Positions 49,575-64,000 are shown, numbered from the stretch's first letter. The stretch: 64,000 nucleotides of DNA from Octopus sinensis (GCF_006345805.1 NC_043009.1:62496001-62560000), one strand, 5' to 3'. Notes: a model not told the origin generated them from the letters alone. A program made the numbers and translations.

Positions 49575-50749
49575 TAGGGTTGAAGTTAAGTGTAAAAGTT
49601 ACATTGAACATTAGGGTCATAGATAAGGGTTGATACGAATAGATGACTGGATAAAGATGGCAGGGTGGATGGAGAGAATGAACGTTACTGATGTCACCGT
49701 ACAGCCGAAAGCCGTATTGATTGGATCACTGTATCTATCTCTTTGTCTGACTGTGTCGCGGTTTTGAGCGACAAAAATTTCGACACCATATTACAAAGTG
49801 AAGTTAGCAGTCATTCTGTGTTTCTGAATGGTTAACTGGTGTCTTCCACGCTGCAATTGTTTTGAATTATCATTTGCTCAAAGATCAGTTATGGTCAAGA
49901 AAGGCAAGCAAAACAATCTCTGACTTTTAATTAATTAATGGGTTTCAAATTTTGGCACAAGGCCAGCAATATCTGGGACGGGATAAGTTGATTATATTGA
50001 CCTCAAAGCACCTACTAGTACTCTTTTTTATCGACCCCGAACGGATGGAAGACAGAGTCGACATCGGCAAAATTTGAACTCAGAACGTAAAGACAGACGA
50101 AATGCCGCTAAGCATTTTGCCCGATTTGCTATCGATTCTGCCAGCTCGCCCCCTTAATCAATTAATCAATTAATTAAAAATATAATATGGTCAATGCAGA
50201 GGGAAGCGAATCTGATATTGGCTATACGGTGACAACTCTGATTATGGTTTAACCTAATTAGATCTTCTCTGCTAAGAATAATTTCTCCATCATTTGTGCA
50301 GGCTAACAGAGATAACTTGAGAGATATATAGAGTTGTGGGAAGGAGAATAAACACATGTAATAACTTTAAAAAGAATTAATGGAAACTACACAAAAACGG
50401 ACTCTGCATTTAAAACAATATATTAAGGTCACTGTTGATCCTGGATTCTCAATCGGGAATTGTGGCCTCAGTTTGAATGCTTCTTTTCATTGTTCTCTAG
50501 ATTTGCACGATCTATGAAAATCAGCTGTCAACTTCCTCACCTCCTTGAGTCAAGTTCAGATCAACTTAGATAACCCAAGAAATATCCGTTGCTAGTGCTG
50601 CTATAGCTTAGTTTTCGAGACAATGATAGTTTTGTGACGAACAAAAACCACAACATATCAAATTTCTATATTTGACAGCGATAGTTCACGTCAGGTGATC
50701 TCTGCCTGCATTTAGTCAATTGCTATCCTGGTGCATTTTTGTGGTGGGG

Positions 50750-51300
50750 TTAAGAGTAATGGGAAATCCTACAATAGAATTTCGAGCCAACTAAACAGCC
50801 AAGAGAATTCCATAATTTGGCTGCCCAAATGATTACGGAGCTACCTTCACGGTTCATGGTAGGGGCCAGACAGAGTAGAAGGCTTCTTTGAACTGCCTCT
50901 AGGCATAAACTCATTCTGAAGTGTGAGGAAAAGGGTGAGTTCTGCTTATCAGTGTTGATGAGGGACAGGAGAGATTTAATAACTACAGCACTCTTATAGC
51001 ATTCGGCTTTATGGGACTCAAGACGAATGGCTTTAATAGAAAAATGGTTGGTCGGCAAGATGGTCGTTTAACTCTGGAGTCACTTTTGCTGCCGTAGTTC
51101 AAAAGGTTTTTAGACACAAAACGTTTCACCATTCCACGGTCCCTCCAAGCTTTGCCTTTCGTCCAGAATTATGCTTGCCAGAGCTGATTTTATTTTGGTT
51201 TTTGGAATTTGAGTACCAATTCGAACATCGTTTTAGAGATTACCTCCCAAAATCTTAAACAATTTCACGGTTTTTGTGACTGAAGTTGTAGGCCATCTTC
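50750..51300 (-). pseudogene. Decayed Tc1-family transposase
   Basis: Minus-strand remnants GKHNSGRKAKL, AIRLESHKAECYKSAVVIKSLLSLIN and VIIWAAKLWNSLGCLV resemble the Tc1 SGRPRK, TIRRELHEAG...KPLL and VMVWG motifs. Confidence 0.6.
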
Positions 51301-51439
51301 ACTCCAACAATTTGTCCTCTTCATAAATCAGATAGGTCGCACGCATTTTAACTCACTTAAAAATCTGGCGGGTGGAAAGGAGGGGGGAACGGGTGACTAT
51401 GTCAAAACAAACATAATGCATATGAACATATATATAGAT

Positions 51440-51490
<51 letters not shown>

Positions 51491-51700
51491 CATACATACA
51501 GACTGAAACAGGTTTTGAATATTATGTCATACAGCCAATAGAAAGCAAATAGTTAAATACAAAGTAGTGTTTTCTTTTGTTTTGTCCAACATACATACAT
51601 ACATACATACATGCATACATGCATGCATACATACATACATGCATGCATGCATACATACATACATACATACATACATACATGCAAGCATGCATGCATACAC

Positions 51701-51788
<88 letters not shown>

Positions 51789-51790
51789 GC
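51440..51790. repeat. Compound (GA)n, (CATA)n and (GATA)n microsatellites
   Basis: Direct inspection. Confidence 0.95.
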
Positions 51791-53889
51791 GTATGCGCGT
51801 TATGTCACCAATGATTAAATTTGCTGAGCAACGTTAAAAGTAGTCTACGAGACTGCCGAACACAATATTATATAAATATATCACCTCGACTTGCAAGGTT
51901 ATTAACATCAAATTACAACTTCCCATTTGTTGTTACATAAACAAAGTTACATTAACGTAATATAGTTCTGCCATGGTTATTATTATGATAGAATAGTTCT
52001 GGAGACAAGCACCTGGCACATACAATCTAATACACATCATTAAGTATTTATATATTTCTAACCCTCTTTTGATATAAACTACACCGATTTTTGTACAGGG
52101 TATCGTTCTCAGGGATTCGTCTGACGAGAATAGAAGAAATATAAGACGAAGGTGACATATATATTCATATGACCGGTGGACGATAAGACTAATGAAGACA
52201 TATTTATTTATGACACCGGAAGAATAATATTGCGTTTTGCATGTGAAAGTTCTCTAATTTTTTACCAACATGTAAACAACACACAAACACACTTCTGTGT
52301 GTTTTAATTTGATATTATTTAGAGTAAATCGCCTCATTATGACATTCTCTGTCTCTGTTTCCACCTCTACGTGAGATATATTCCGTACGGTTTCTATGAT
52401 TTTCATTTATAACGGACACAACTAGTAATTATATGAAATCTTTTGTCAAGAGGCCAATTGGTGGCAATTTCAATGTCTTGCTTTAACTTCTCCTCTCTAT
52501 AATCAAACTGGAAAACTAGATCGGACCACCAGAGTCACATGGTGAGTACTTGCTTTTGCTAACACTGTTTTCGGTGCATTCATATAGGGAAACAGAAATA
52601 GTGCTTCGATTTAATTAGTGTGCACTTTTATTCCTTGGTTCGTCGGAGTGTCATTGAATCGACCTCTTTTATCTGATTATTATTTTTCTTGTGCCAAACA
52701 AAACAACTCCTCATTTTTCGCACGCACACGCACACATATACACAATGCGTACACTCACGCATACACACATGCATACACGCACGCATACACACACACCACT
52801 ACTTTCTACACATAAAAACCCGGCCTCGCGGACTTGATGCACAAATTTTATTATGTATTTCATTTTTAAATTAAATCTTATATTCTCTCTCTCTCCCTCT
52901 CTCTACATTTAAACATCGTTTACATCTTAACTGGGGCACTTTCTGTCAGGTTTTGCAGTAAAATAATATTTCTGTTTGTGTTCTATCAGTTATTACTGTG
53001 GAATTGATTGTAAACAAGTCAAAATATTCAACTTCTGGAGACGGGAACTCCAACGTTTCTGCAAAGAAAAAATATTTCTTTTTTTTATTGCTAAATTTGT
53101 TATTAACCTGCCATCTCTCTAAACAACAGAAATAAGTTTTAATATTCAAGGAATGAATATATAAGCTAATTTCCAATGTGTGAGTTTGTCTGTATCCTAC
53201 TTAACTTGACTCATATTTTTAAATCGAAACTCGTGATTGGAGTAATGTGCTACTATATATCAAGGTTGTTTTATTTCTGTTTTATTCTGTCACACTAATA
53301 ATATAATTTCTTAAACATGAAATTACACAATTATGAACAAGAGTTTGGTACTTTAAAAAAATCAAGTCCAGCTAAGGACCAAAACTTAGATGCAATTTCC
53401 TATTCCCTGTTGTGTTGACTAACATCGTTAATAATGATCATTTAGTGAAGGCACTGACCATTCTTTCACAATCTATTCCTGGTTCTTAGTCAATTGGTTC
53501 GACACATTTCATGACTGGAATAAGCTCTGGGTGGCTGAAAGACAAATTCAGTTTGGTCTGGGCTAAAATTCACAACATCCATTATCGAAGTATATTGTTT
53601 ATAGCAACATCAGAACTCTTTAAAATGAGTGAAAGACCCGGGAAGAGTCGAAACCACGACCTCATGCATTAATTGTACTACCTTTTCTTGTAATGCTCAC
53701 AGTAAGAAGAGAAAAAACAATTGTAATGATAGTTTGACCAGGGACATTAAAGGTGTCACTACTACTACTACTATGATCTCTCTCTCTCTCATTCTGTTGT
53801 TCATCCTTTTGTAACTAAAATGGACCTTCTATTGAGCATGGAATGTCCCCTTTCAGGGTGGGGATAGGTGCATCATGTTGCCTGATTTA

Positions 53890-55620
53890 GCACCATCTTC
53901 TGGTCCTTGAGTGGCATTAGCAAAGTTTGTTTCCATTGCAAGCATTCATACAAGACTTCTAGTACAAGGATCTACTTGACTATTCCCTACTACACTTCCT
54001 TCAATGCCAAAGACAATAGATCCAGATCCCTCAACCAATCCTACTTCCTCCCTCTTCTCAAACATCCAAGGTCTTCTCTCCCATACATCATATTTCTCTT
54101 GCACAAATTTCTTGACCCTGATCTTCAAACCATTTCTGCTGTCCATGATACACTACCCAGATTTCACTTCAAAAGGTGGGGTCGTCTTATATATGGACTC
54201 CACTCTTTCTGCTTTTCACTTCACTCACCTGGATTTGTGCAATGATACTGGTGCCACGTAAAACACACTAGTGATGGCGTCATATAAAAAGCACTGATGA
54301 TGGTGCTACATAAAAAGCACTGGTGATGGTGCCATGTTAAAAGCACCCAGTACACTCTGTAAAGTGGTTGGCATTAGGAAGGGCATCTAACTATAGAAAT
54401 CAAGCCAAACAGACCAAGGAACCTGGTGCAACTCCTAGTCTTGCCAGCTCCTGTCAAACCATTCAACCCATACCATGGAAAATGAAGATTAAATGATGAT
54501 GATACCTTCCCATTAACTTGGCTCAAACTCTCCCGTCCTCATTCCCCCAAATACATCTGCTCCCCTTGTTGCTCTCCAAACTTTTCAGACCACAGCTACT
54601 CCTTTGACCTCATCTCTTACATTGAGAACGTCTGTCTCACCTCTCTCCTCTCCTCACCTCTCTGTAGTCATTGTCCTCAACAACTTCACTATTCACAACT
54701 CATGGCTCTTGCAATCATCTCACACTGATGCAGTGCGAGATGATACCCTTCTATCTAATTGTGATTGTGTGATTGGGATGTGAGGGGGAATCACATCCCT
54801 CCGACAAGTCATCCTAACGAGATATCTGCATTGGTTGGGTCATGCCCTCCGTCGTCAACCAGGAGAATTCATCTACGAAGCAATTTCCCCAGCTCCCCTT
54901 CAGGGTTGGTGAAAGCGATGTGGTGGACAACGAAAAACCTGGCTGATGACAGTCAAGGCTGATCTGGAACCCAACCTAGGCCCCCATATCTACAGCGTTC
55001 GCCACTGGAATAAGGAGTGGTTGGAGATCACACGGTCATTAACCTCAAATTGCCAGGCCTGGTCAGCGTTTGTGAGAGATGCAGCATTGAGGATGAATGA
55101 AGCCAGCTCAACCCACCCTGGGTGAATGCTGTCCCAAGTCCAAAAAAAAATGTCTATCTAATTGTACCATCTGATCATCTGTTGACAAAACTCTTTCTCC
55201 TCCCCATTCTCAATGAGCCCTAATATTCCTCAATGTTTAGTTTTGTCTGCCACTCACTTCCTTCTATCAAAGACCTACTTGCTGCCACATCCAACAATAG
55301 CCATTCTCATGCAGGTGACATAAGCCTTTATTCCTCCATAACTTTCCCCAATCGTGCATCGTCTATGTGCAGCCCAGACACCACACACCAAACCTGCATT
55401 GACTCCATAAACAAAGATCTTAAGAGCGTCCATCAGTGGGGCCCATGCCAATCTTGTCTACTTTAACAGCAAAAACACTCAAGCATTACTCATATTGAGA
55501 AAACATCACTGCACCAAACCTATGACTCAACATGAGCTCACTCAGCTGCAGCCATCACAGTCACTCCAAATGCTTGGCTTTACTACCACTGACGATCTCT
55601 CTAGGCAGGACCATATCCTA
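53890..55620 (+). mobile_element. Heavily decayed L2/CR1-like LINE (endonuclease and RT remnants), interrupted by other repeats
   Basis: Remnant peptides GDISLYSS, INKDLKSVHQWG and NLVYFNSKNTQ, matching the ADD..LY / DL..I..W..N.V.FN..KT pattern of such RTs. Confidence 0.55.
54790..55145 (+). mobile_element. RTE-clade LINE 3' end fragment
   Basis: Frameshifted translation KTWLMTVKADLEPNLGPHIYSVRHWNKEWL...AWSAFVRDA, followed by a CAAGT-like tail. Confidence 0.6.
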
Positions 55621-56829
55621 GAGTCACTTGTATGATGATGTCACTTACTTACAATTATTGTGAAATGTTAAAACAAAGGAGACATACACACACACAGGTA
55701 TGTGCACATGCACACACACACACATACTTACATTCACATACATCCACACATATACATACATGCAAAATGACAAACGACTGAATCATCCTGAGCAGAATGT
55801 AAACCCTGTACACTCAGCTACAGAAATATATATCCTATCAAACAACAATTCCATGAATATTCAGAGAAGCCGAACTTTTAGGGAAGTTTGTGACCTTTAC
55901 TTGGGTGTGAGTAATACAAAGGAAACAGTTGTATCTAGAAATAGAAACTAGTTTGCTGATTTTTACTTTGCCAAGAATTTACTTTCTCTTCTACAAAATG
56001 CAGTGAAGCATTATTAATCACCATCCTCATCGTTTTATGTCCATTTTGCTGTGTTTGCATGTATCAGATAGAGTTTTCTTTTAGCAGATTTTCTGACTGG
56101 ATGCTCTCTCTGTTGCCAACCCTCCCCCTGTACCCAAGCTGGGTAATATTTCATGTCCAAATATGTTTTCGTGCAAGAGTAGAAACGAAGGGTAGTGACA
56201 CTTATTCTTTTACTTTTTTACTTGTTTCAGTCACTTGACTGCGGCCATGCTAGAGCACCGCTTTTAGTCGAGCAAGTCAACTTCAGGACCCATTCTTTGT
56301 AAGCCTAGTACTTATTCTATCGGTCAGTTTTGCCGAACCACTAAGTTATGGGGACAGCATTGGTTGTCAAGCGATGGTAGGGTGGACAAAGACAGACACA
56401 CAAACATATACACACACATATATATATATGACAGGCTTCTTTCAGTTTTCATCTACCAAATCCACTAACAAGGCTTTGGTTAGCCTGAAGCTATAATAGA
56501 AGACACTTGCCCAAGGTGCCACGCTGTGGGACTGAACCAGGAACCATGTAGTTGGTAAGCAAGCTACTTACCACACAGCCACTCTTTGTTTATAACTATC
56601 ACATAAGATTATGGCAAAAATACAGTAATAACACACGCATACATACGACAGGCTTCTTTCAGTTTCCATCTACCAAATCTACTCACAAGGCTTTAGTCAA
56701 TTTGAAAGCTATAGTAGAAGACATTTACCCAAGAAGTACACTGTTAACCCTATTCAGTCTGTATTTATTGGTTAATAGTACAATCGGATCAGAATCGAAA
56801 TCGATCAATGGAAATTGCAGATGTTACCA

Positions 56830-57210
56830 GTGCCAGTGGCATGTAAGAGAACCATCCGTTCGTGACCGTTGCCAGCGCTGCCCCGACTGGCCTCGTGCCG
56901 GTGGCACATAAAAAGCACTATCCGTTCCTGTCCATTGCCAGCCTCGCCTGGCCCCGTGCCGGTGGCACATAAAAAGCACCATCCGTTCGTGGCCGTTTGC
57001 CAGCTCTGTCTGGCACCTGTGCGGGTGGCACGTAAAAAGCACCCACTACACTCACGGAGTGGTTGGCGTTAGGAAGGGCATCCAGCCGTAGAAACACTGC
57101 CAGATCAGACTGGGCCTGATGAAGCCTTCTGGCTTCACAGACCCCAGTTGAACCATCCAACCCATGCTAGCATGGAAAGCGGACGCTAAACGAAGATGAT
57201 GATGATGATA
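56830..57210 (+). mobile_element. (GAT)n-tailed retroposon family D with internal GGTGGCACATAAAAAGCAC tandem units
   Basis: Ends GGACGCTAAACGAAGATGATGATG. Opposite-orientation copies at about 7500-7660, 16378-16620, 18865-19140 and 61055-61345. Confidence 0.75.
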
Positions 57211-59586
57211 ATGAGTACAACCACCCTGCTGCCATACCAATTCAATTGTTTGTGTTGTACTATTAACCAATAAGTACATCATTTATTTGCATCAAACATT
57301 TGAGAATATATCAGTCGAACTTAAACAAAACCTGTAAACAGAGAAAATGTGTCATATTTCAGCCAACAGACATGTGGATGCAAAAGCCACATACACACAG
57401 ATATGATACATCTATTATGTGCCTTCAGAAGCAAGAAAAGTGGTAGTTATTTCATAGCAGAAGCACATAATACCCTTCCCCCATCCACCCATTTCCTGAA
57501 TGATGATGACCACCCCTGAAAAACAAGATATATATATAGATTTCAAAATATGCACACATGCTTGTGTATATATAGGTGTGATAACGGCAGTGTGTTAAGA
57601 AAGTTGCTTTGCAACCACAAGGTTCTAAGTTCAGTCCCACTGCGGGGTATCTTGGTCAAGTGTCTTCTACTATTGCCCCAGGCTGACCAATGCCTTGTGA
57701 ATGATTTTGGTAGATGAAAACTGTGTGGAAGCATGTAATGTGTATGTGAGTGTTTATGTGCTCCGCTACCATCTTTTGACAACTGGTGTTAGTTTGTCCC
57801 CGTGACTCACCAGCTTTTAAAAAGAAGTCCAACGAAATAAAATATGTACCAGGGTCAATTTGTGCCAGTAAACCTTTCAAGGCAATGCCCCAGCATGGCC
57901 ACTGTCCAGTGACTGAAACAAGATAAAAAGATACATACATGCAGACGTATGCACCCCTCACATACATAAATACATTTTTCCTGTGTGGGTAGAATGGTTA
58001 TACAAATATCTACATTTTCACATTGTTAACCTGAATAGTCTTTGTGCTTCGTACCAGTAATTATTCCCCTGTGAAGGAGAGGAAAACCCATCATCACTTA
58101 GAGTTGTGTCAGTTGTGCAGGTTCATGTTATTGCTTAGGCAAGGATTCTCTTCACCATCCTGGGGCTCAGTGGTTCAACTCCTGAACTGTAAACCTCTTC
58201 ATTCTGTGTCGTCATCGTACATGTAAATCTTAAAATTTTCAGGTTTTGTCTACTTCTCCATGGGACATCATTAGCCTACATCCACCACCACCAACAACAA
58301 CAACTACCATGTCTTCCCAAGCGTGAATGAGGAAACCTCCATGTAGTTGCTTGACCTGCTAGAAATAGCTGCCAAATCCCACTCAAATCACATTGTATCA
58401 TTTTAAAAAGTGAAAGGACACATTATATACCTTTGAAAACTACATAACCATGACTAGAATGCCTTTCACATCCTGTCAATGTAATTCTTGAATGTAAGGT
58501 CTGCGGAAGAAAGAGAGGAGAGAACTGGTAAAGCTGAGAGAGAGAGGGAGACGACCTAATTAGAATGCTAAATATATCTAGACTTACCCCAAAGGTGAAC
58601 TACAATGACATTGGAAGAGATAGAAATACTCAGCAACAGAATGGGTTTTGGTGCTAGAGGAAGCAGGTTCTGTCTCAGCTAGCAGTGGGCCTTAGTTTGG
58701 AACTCTCTGCCTGAGAATTGGGCAACATTGTTTGGCAATCAAATAAGCTCTGCATTTGATCATAAACATTTCAACTGTGACTGTTCCCTTTTAATTTCAG
58801 ACCATGTATCAAAGAATCTATGTTATGTAATGTGTCCTTCTTTTTTAAGACAAAGTATGGATTTGGAGGAGATTTAGCTACTATTTCAAGGAGACAGTGG
58901 CTACCTTGACTTAATTTGGGTCGGGTTTACCTGCTAGGCCGACTGCAGTGGCTTAATCCTCTAAATATAGATTAGGTGAAATACAAAAAAAGAGAAACCG
59001 AGTTTAATTAATTAATCAGAAACAATTAATTTATCAGAAGTTTGGCATATTTTGAAGGAACGTGAATAGTGGGGAATTTGTAACATTCATGCCTTTTCCA
59101 AAGACATCAGCAAAGCAAAGGTGAAGTGAAAATATTGCATCTGAGAACTGGCAAACGAGTAGTTTTGTAGTAATTGATAATCTGAAGGTTTTAGCATGAA
59201 TAGTGATAGATTTGGTTTACTAATCTTGCTTAGTATACTAATCACACAAACAACATCCACCTAGATTCTTACTGTTGCCACTGCTACCACCACCACCACC
59301 ACCATCACCACTACTACTATCAACACCACCAGTACTACTACTCAGTGGCTCAGCTAATGGGAGCAAGGGGAGTGGCTCATCACCACCCACAAACACATTT
59401 TTCAAAATTGGTGTTTTTTCAACGATTGAGATATGAGTTTAACAATTATTTAATATATGTCACCCGTGCCTTTTTTGTTATGTGCTTCTTCTCACTATAG
59501 AACTTGTCTATGCTTCTGCTGCTACTGCCTCTCTCACATGTAGGTGTTCAATCACAACTAGTAGTCACTGGTGTCTTTTATTACTA

Positions 59587-59872
59587 ACTAGCAGTATCGC
59601 CCGGCGTTGCTGAGGTTTGTAAGGGAAATAACTATAAAGAATTTTTAGAGAGTTATAGCAAAAAAATGGAAAAAAAATGATGGTAAATTTTTTTTTGAGA
59701 ACTGGGGGAACTTTTCAAAATTTTCGCTGCGTTAGTTTTGAATTATGACATTGGGCTATGTGTGTGTCAAGTTTCATTAGAATCAGTTGAAAGCCGTGGT
59801 CAGGGTGAGGGTACAAGCAAACAGACACACAGAAACATGCACAGACAAACTGCCGTTTATATAGAGAGAGAT
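59587..59872 (+). mobile_element. Non-autonomous Helitron-like element (related family)
   Basis: Starts ACTAGCAGTATCGCCCGGCGTTGCT and ends TTTATATAGAGAGAGAT. Confidence 0.6.
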
Positions 59873-59927
59873 AACTGGTCACTACTTTCGCCTTTGACTG
59901 TCCATCATTAGTATTTATATAATATAT

Positions 59928-60295
59928 AATAATAATGAAATTATTGTATACAGTGCTCAGGTGCACCACAACTTGTCAGAAAGTGCATATAAAGTACATG
60001 CAGTAATGTACAAATGTCTGGGAAGCGAATAGTGTACGAGTCAGATACATGCTTGCGTGTGTATGGAGGGGAGAAAATCAGGTGTAGTGTTGGCGAATCT
60101 CAGGAAGCATGGAAGTTTTGAAGGATGCAGTGCTCCGACAACTAACAACTGATGCTGGCAGTTTGTTCCATGCTTCAGCAACTCTTAGCGTGAAAAAATG
60201 TTTCCGAAAAGTCATGGGAAATGTGCTGTTTTCTGACTTTGTAAACATGTCCACGGGTGTTAGACAGGTGGAGTTTGAAAAGGTGGAAATTTAAT
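59928..60295 (-). mobile_element. 3' end of the same CR1/L2-type LINE family
   Basis: Close similarity to 16699-17200 (GGAAGCATGGA...GGATGCA...CTGATGC...TTCCATG). Confidence 0.8.
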
Positions 60296-63159
60296 GACCT
60301 GTAGCTGGTCACCAATGTCCATTCACCAGTAACTGTTCACACTTTATTTCCCAACGAACAATGGAAATATATACATTATTTTTCAGTGACAACGATGATA
60401 AAGTTAATGACTTCAATTAAATTCCGGTCATGCTTATATGAAATATGTCACCTTAACAGATAGGAAGGACAAAGCAGAATCAACAGTCTATCTGATAAAA
60501 CAGTAGCTGCTCTCTTATCATGTCTGTATTTTCCAGCTTGAACAGCAAAAGTCACTGTTGACACCTTAGGGTAAATGTCTTCTTCTGTAACCTTGGGCTG
60601 ACTAAAGCCTTGTAAGTGGATGTAGTAGAAGGAAACTGAAAGAAGCCCATTGCACACATATGTGTGTTTGTTTGTCTCTCTTTGTTTTGACATCATATGA
60701 TAATTGTAAGCAACTGTCACTATGCTACAACAGGTGTCTTTTGTTTCCAATCTTCTGTGTAAACATGTCCACCTATGGGGAAATAGTGACCTTGCTTGAG
60801 AACAAGTGAAGGTTAGCAACAGGTAGGGCAGCCAGCCATAAAAACAACAGCATTCAGCTTGTTGGAATTTACAAAAAAAAACCATAAGATGAAGACAGGT
60901 GTATAAACAACCAACAGGTGTATTAGTTTAAAGCTTGGGAAGGTGAGGAAGTCTTTTATGTTTCGAGCCTACGCTCTTTGACAGAAAGGAACATGAGAAA
61001 ATAGAGAGAATAAAAAAGCTTTAGTGGCTAGAGGTACATATACACACACACACACACACATCATCATCATCATTTAGCATCCATTGTCCATGGGTTGGAT
61101 GGTTTGACAGGAGCTGGTAAGTTGTGGGGCTGCACCAGACTACAGTCTGATTTGGCATGGTTTTCTACAGCTGGATACCCTTCCTAATGCTAACCACTCC
61201 AAGAGTGTAATGGGTGTTTTTTAGATGCCACTGGCCCAGGTTCCAGTTGATTTCATGGGTCTTCATCTCAAGCACAGCATATTGCCAAAGGTCTCGGTCA
61301 TTGCCTGTGTGAGGCCCAACACTTGAAAGGTGCTTTTTACTTGACACCAGCATCGGCCACATTGCCTTGGGGATAAATATTACCTCAGAGCAGTATTTGT
61401 CAAGGTTGGGGGTGGGTTACTTCAGGATAGGCCATGGTAGGATATTTAGGCCAGTTTAAATGTTAAACGCTTTAAACAAGATTAACAAAGTAGATCTACT
61501 AATTTTTACATTAATCTTAAGTATTATTAATTACCAAACTTGCCGCCATCCAGTTCTCAGAACTTTTTTGCTTCATGTATATTTGCTGATGTCTTTGAAA
61601 CAGGCATGAATGCTACAAATTCTCATTATTTCCTTTCAAAATTTTCTAAAATTCTTAGTTCTTTCTGAATAATTAATTAAACATTAATTACACTCTGTTT
61701 GTTTTCTTTATATTTCACCCATCGGTTGTATATATATATATATATATATATGACGAGCTTCTTCCAGTTTCCGTCTACCAAATTCACTCACAAGGCATTG
61801 GTCGGCCCGAGGCTATAATAGAAGACACTTGCCCAAGGTGCCACACAGTGGGACTGAACCCGGAACCATGTGGTTGGTAAGCAAGCTACTTACCACACAG
61901 CCACTCCTGCGCCTGCCCACACAATTTAAATAGTTATTTAATCTGCTAGAGATAACAGCCAAATCTCTCCCAAATCATACATTATATCTTTTAAAAAAAA
62001 GGAACACATTATATAACATAGTACTATTTACACCCAAAATAAAGAAGGAATGGTCACATTTGGAATGCCTATGATCTCTGGTCTATTCATTTAGAACTCA
62101 CCTGTTTCTAAATAAAAATAACACTGACCTAATTGCAGTGGGAAAGGTGAGCCAAGCTAAGGTCCACTGTTAGGTGAGGTTGAACTTGTTTCCTCTAGCT
62201 CCAAAACTATTACTTGCTGTTCTATTTCTTCCAATGTCATTGTAGTTCACCTCTAAGATAAGTCTAGATATATTTAGTGTTCAAATTAGGTCATAGGCAT
62301 GTCATCTCTCTCTCTCTCTCCCTCTCTTTCTCTCACACCTTTCACTCTGCTTTATCATTCCTTCACTTTCTTCCCCACACCGTAAATTCAAGAATTGTAT
62401 TCACAAAATAAGTTTTAAAAAAGTTGATTTTTCAAACTATTCCCATTTACAGTATTATTTTTATTTCTTTCACAAAATTTTAGTCCAATAATAAATACTT
62501 GTAGTCCGAGTAAACAGTTGTCTATAATATCGGTTGATATTTTAGGAACTTTTAACAGCGGTAGCCACCCCTACTCTGATGGATGGTTGATGGGAAGGAG
62601 GGTGGCATCTGGAGTAAAAGTAGATGGTATTGGCTCATAACTAGAGTTCAATGGTAGTGCATGGTACCTACAGCAGAGATACATATCATTAGATGGTAAC
62701 TAAAGAATAGTGTAAAATAGCTACCATAGCAGTGGATAGTAGCTACAGTGGAGATTGTTGGTAGTGAATGGTTGGATGGTAACTGGAGTAGAATTAACAA
62801 AGTAGATCTACTAATTTTTACATTAATCTTAAGAATTATTAATTACCAAACTTGTCACCATCCAGTTCTCAGAACTTTTTTGCTTCATGTATATTTGCTG
62901 ATGTTTTTGAAACAGGCATGAATGCTACAAATTCTTCTAAGTCAGCCGTGATTAACAACTTTTGAGGAAGGACATTCTTGTTGCAACCACCCTCAACTTG
63001 TGTATTTTTTAGAGAAACCTGTAAGTTGTGGTGGTCGTCACTTTCTTTTTTTAAGACAGTGAGATGTAATTTTTAGAAAATATGACTGTTATTTCTAGCA
63101 GGTTGACTGATAAGGGATGCTCCATTGTTGACTTAATAGAATAAAGATAGATAATCTGG

Positions 63160-63500
63160 TAGATAGCTTGCTTACCAACCACATGGTTCCGGGTTCAGTC
63201 CCACTGCGTGGAATCTTGGGCAAGTGTCTTCTACTATAGCCTTGGGCCAACCAAAGCCTTGTGAGTGGATTTGGTAGATGGAAACTGAAAGAAGCCTTTT
63301 GTATATGTGTGTGTTTGTGTCTGCGTTTGTCCCCCCTACCATCACTTGACAACCGATGCTGGTGTGTTTATGTCCCCATAACTTAGCGATAAGTACTAGG
63401 CTTCCAAAGAATAAGTCCTGGGGTCGATTTGTTCGACTAAAGGCGGTGCTCCAGCATGGCCACAGTCAAGTGACTGAAACAAATATAAGAATAAAAGAAT
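63160..63500 (+). mobile_element. tRNA-derived SINE family A, near full length
   Basis: Same head, body and tail as 39107-39532. Confidence 0.85.
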
Positions 63501-64000
63501 CAAATGGCTATTATGGGCCATTCCAATAAAATAGGAATCACAGGGGTCAATAGGTGAAAGAAAAGGGTTGAGATTGCAGCTGCAATGATTGTTTTTTACT
63601 CTCAGGTCATCCCTAATCGATCAATCCTAATGGTTGAGTAATTGTGAAGCAGGATTTCAAGAATGGAGAGTAGAGGTGGACATGATATTATTTGCGTATG
63701 GGGCTGCTTGTATGTTTTGTAAAGGCATGGACGAAGAATTTATTATTCAACCAGCACTCCAGCATCAACCATCCCATTCTTTTCTGATAGAATTGTATCC
63801 TGTATACTTTACAGTGGTGGAGGTGCATGGCTTAGTGGTTAGGGTGTTGGACTCATAATCGTAAGATTTTGGTTTCAATTCCTGGACCGGGCGATGCATT
63901 GTGTTCTTGAGCAAACCACTTCATTTCCCATTGTGCCAGTTGACTCAGCTGGTACTCATGAATAATCCTGTCACACACAAGGGTTCCATAAAGGGAGGAA

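Noticed and set aside
52115-52150. CTGACGA...GAAA inside TTCGTC/GACGAA
   Set aside because: No stem II and no NUH site.
52450-52547. CACATG|GTGAGT as a Met-only first exon of a downstream gene
   Set aside because: A single good donor with no downstream coding exon identified in the window.
53625-53665. Hammerhead-like ATGAG...GAAA...CTCAT
   Set aside because: Core lacks CUGANGA and the cleavage triplet; degenerate.
56830-57040. Regularly spaced ~20-bp repeats resembling a CRISPR array
   Set aside because: Internal tandem units of a eukaryotic retroposon with related spacers and no cas genes.
60945-60990. Minus-strand CTGTCAAA-GAGC/GCTC-GAAA-CATA hammerhead-like motif
   Set aside because: Core is non-canonical at several invariant positions.

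Overview
AT-rich eukaryotic genomic DNA with many microsatellites and SINEs. The repeat families look like octopus (coleoid cephalopod); this is inferred, not verified. Most ORFs in the supplied track are microsatellite artefacts. (1) A + strand otopetrin (OTOP proton channel) gene can be assembled by hand from five phase-compatible GT-AG exons (3535-3721, 4418-4578, 9276-9498, 12425-12595, 19384-20198; about 518 aa). Its N-terminal exons were not found. It has Gln in place of the conserved TM6 Glu (IQY vs IEY). (2) Two minimal type I hammerhead ribozymes lie in sense orientation in the otopetrin introns. The one at ~4107-4172 has a fully canonical core. The one at ~15919-15980 has a compensatory U3-A8 core pair and sits in a 362-bp-period Penelope/retrozyme-like partial tandem repeat. 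(3) Two tandem, intronless paralogous ORFs of unknown function (33870-35387 and 41735-42868) share a gap-free 139-aa helical-looking domain at ~59% identity. One is preceded by a double E-box, the other by an AP-1+CRE cassette. The rest is tRNA-derived SINEs, decayed CR1/L2- and RTE-type LINEs, Tc1/mariner, hAT and piggyBac MITEs, Helitron-like elements, a 51-bp minisatellite, several long fold-backs and simple repeats. No rRNA, true tRNA or CRISPR array was seen.
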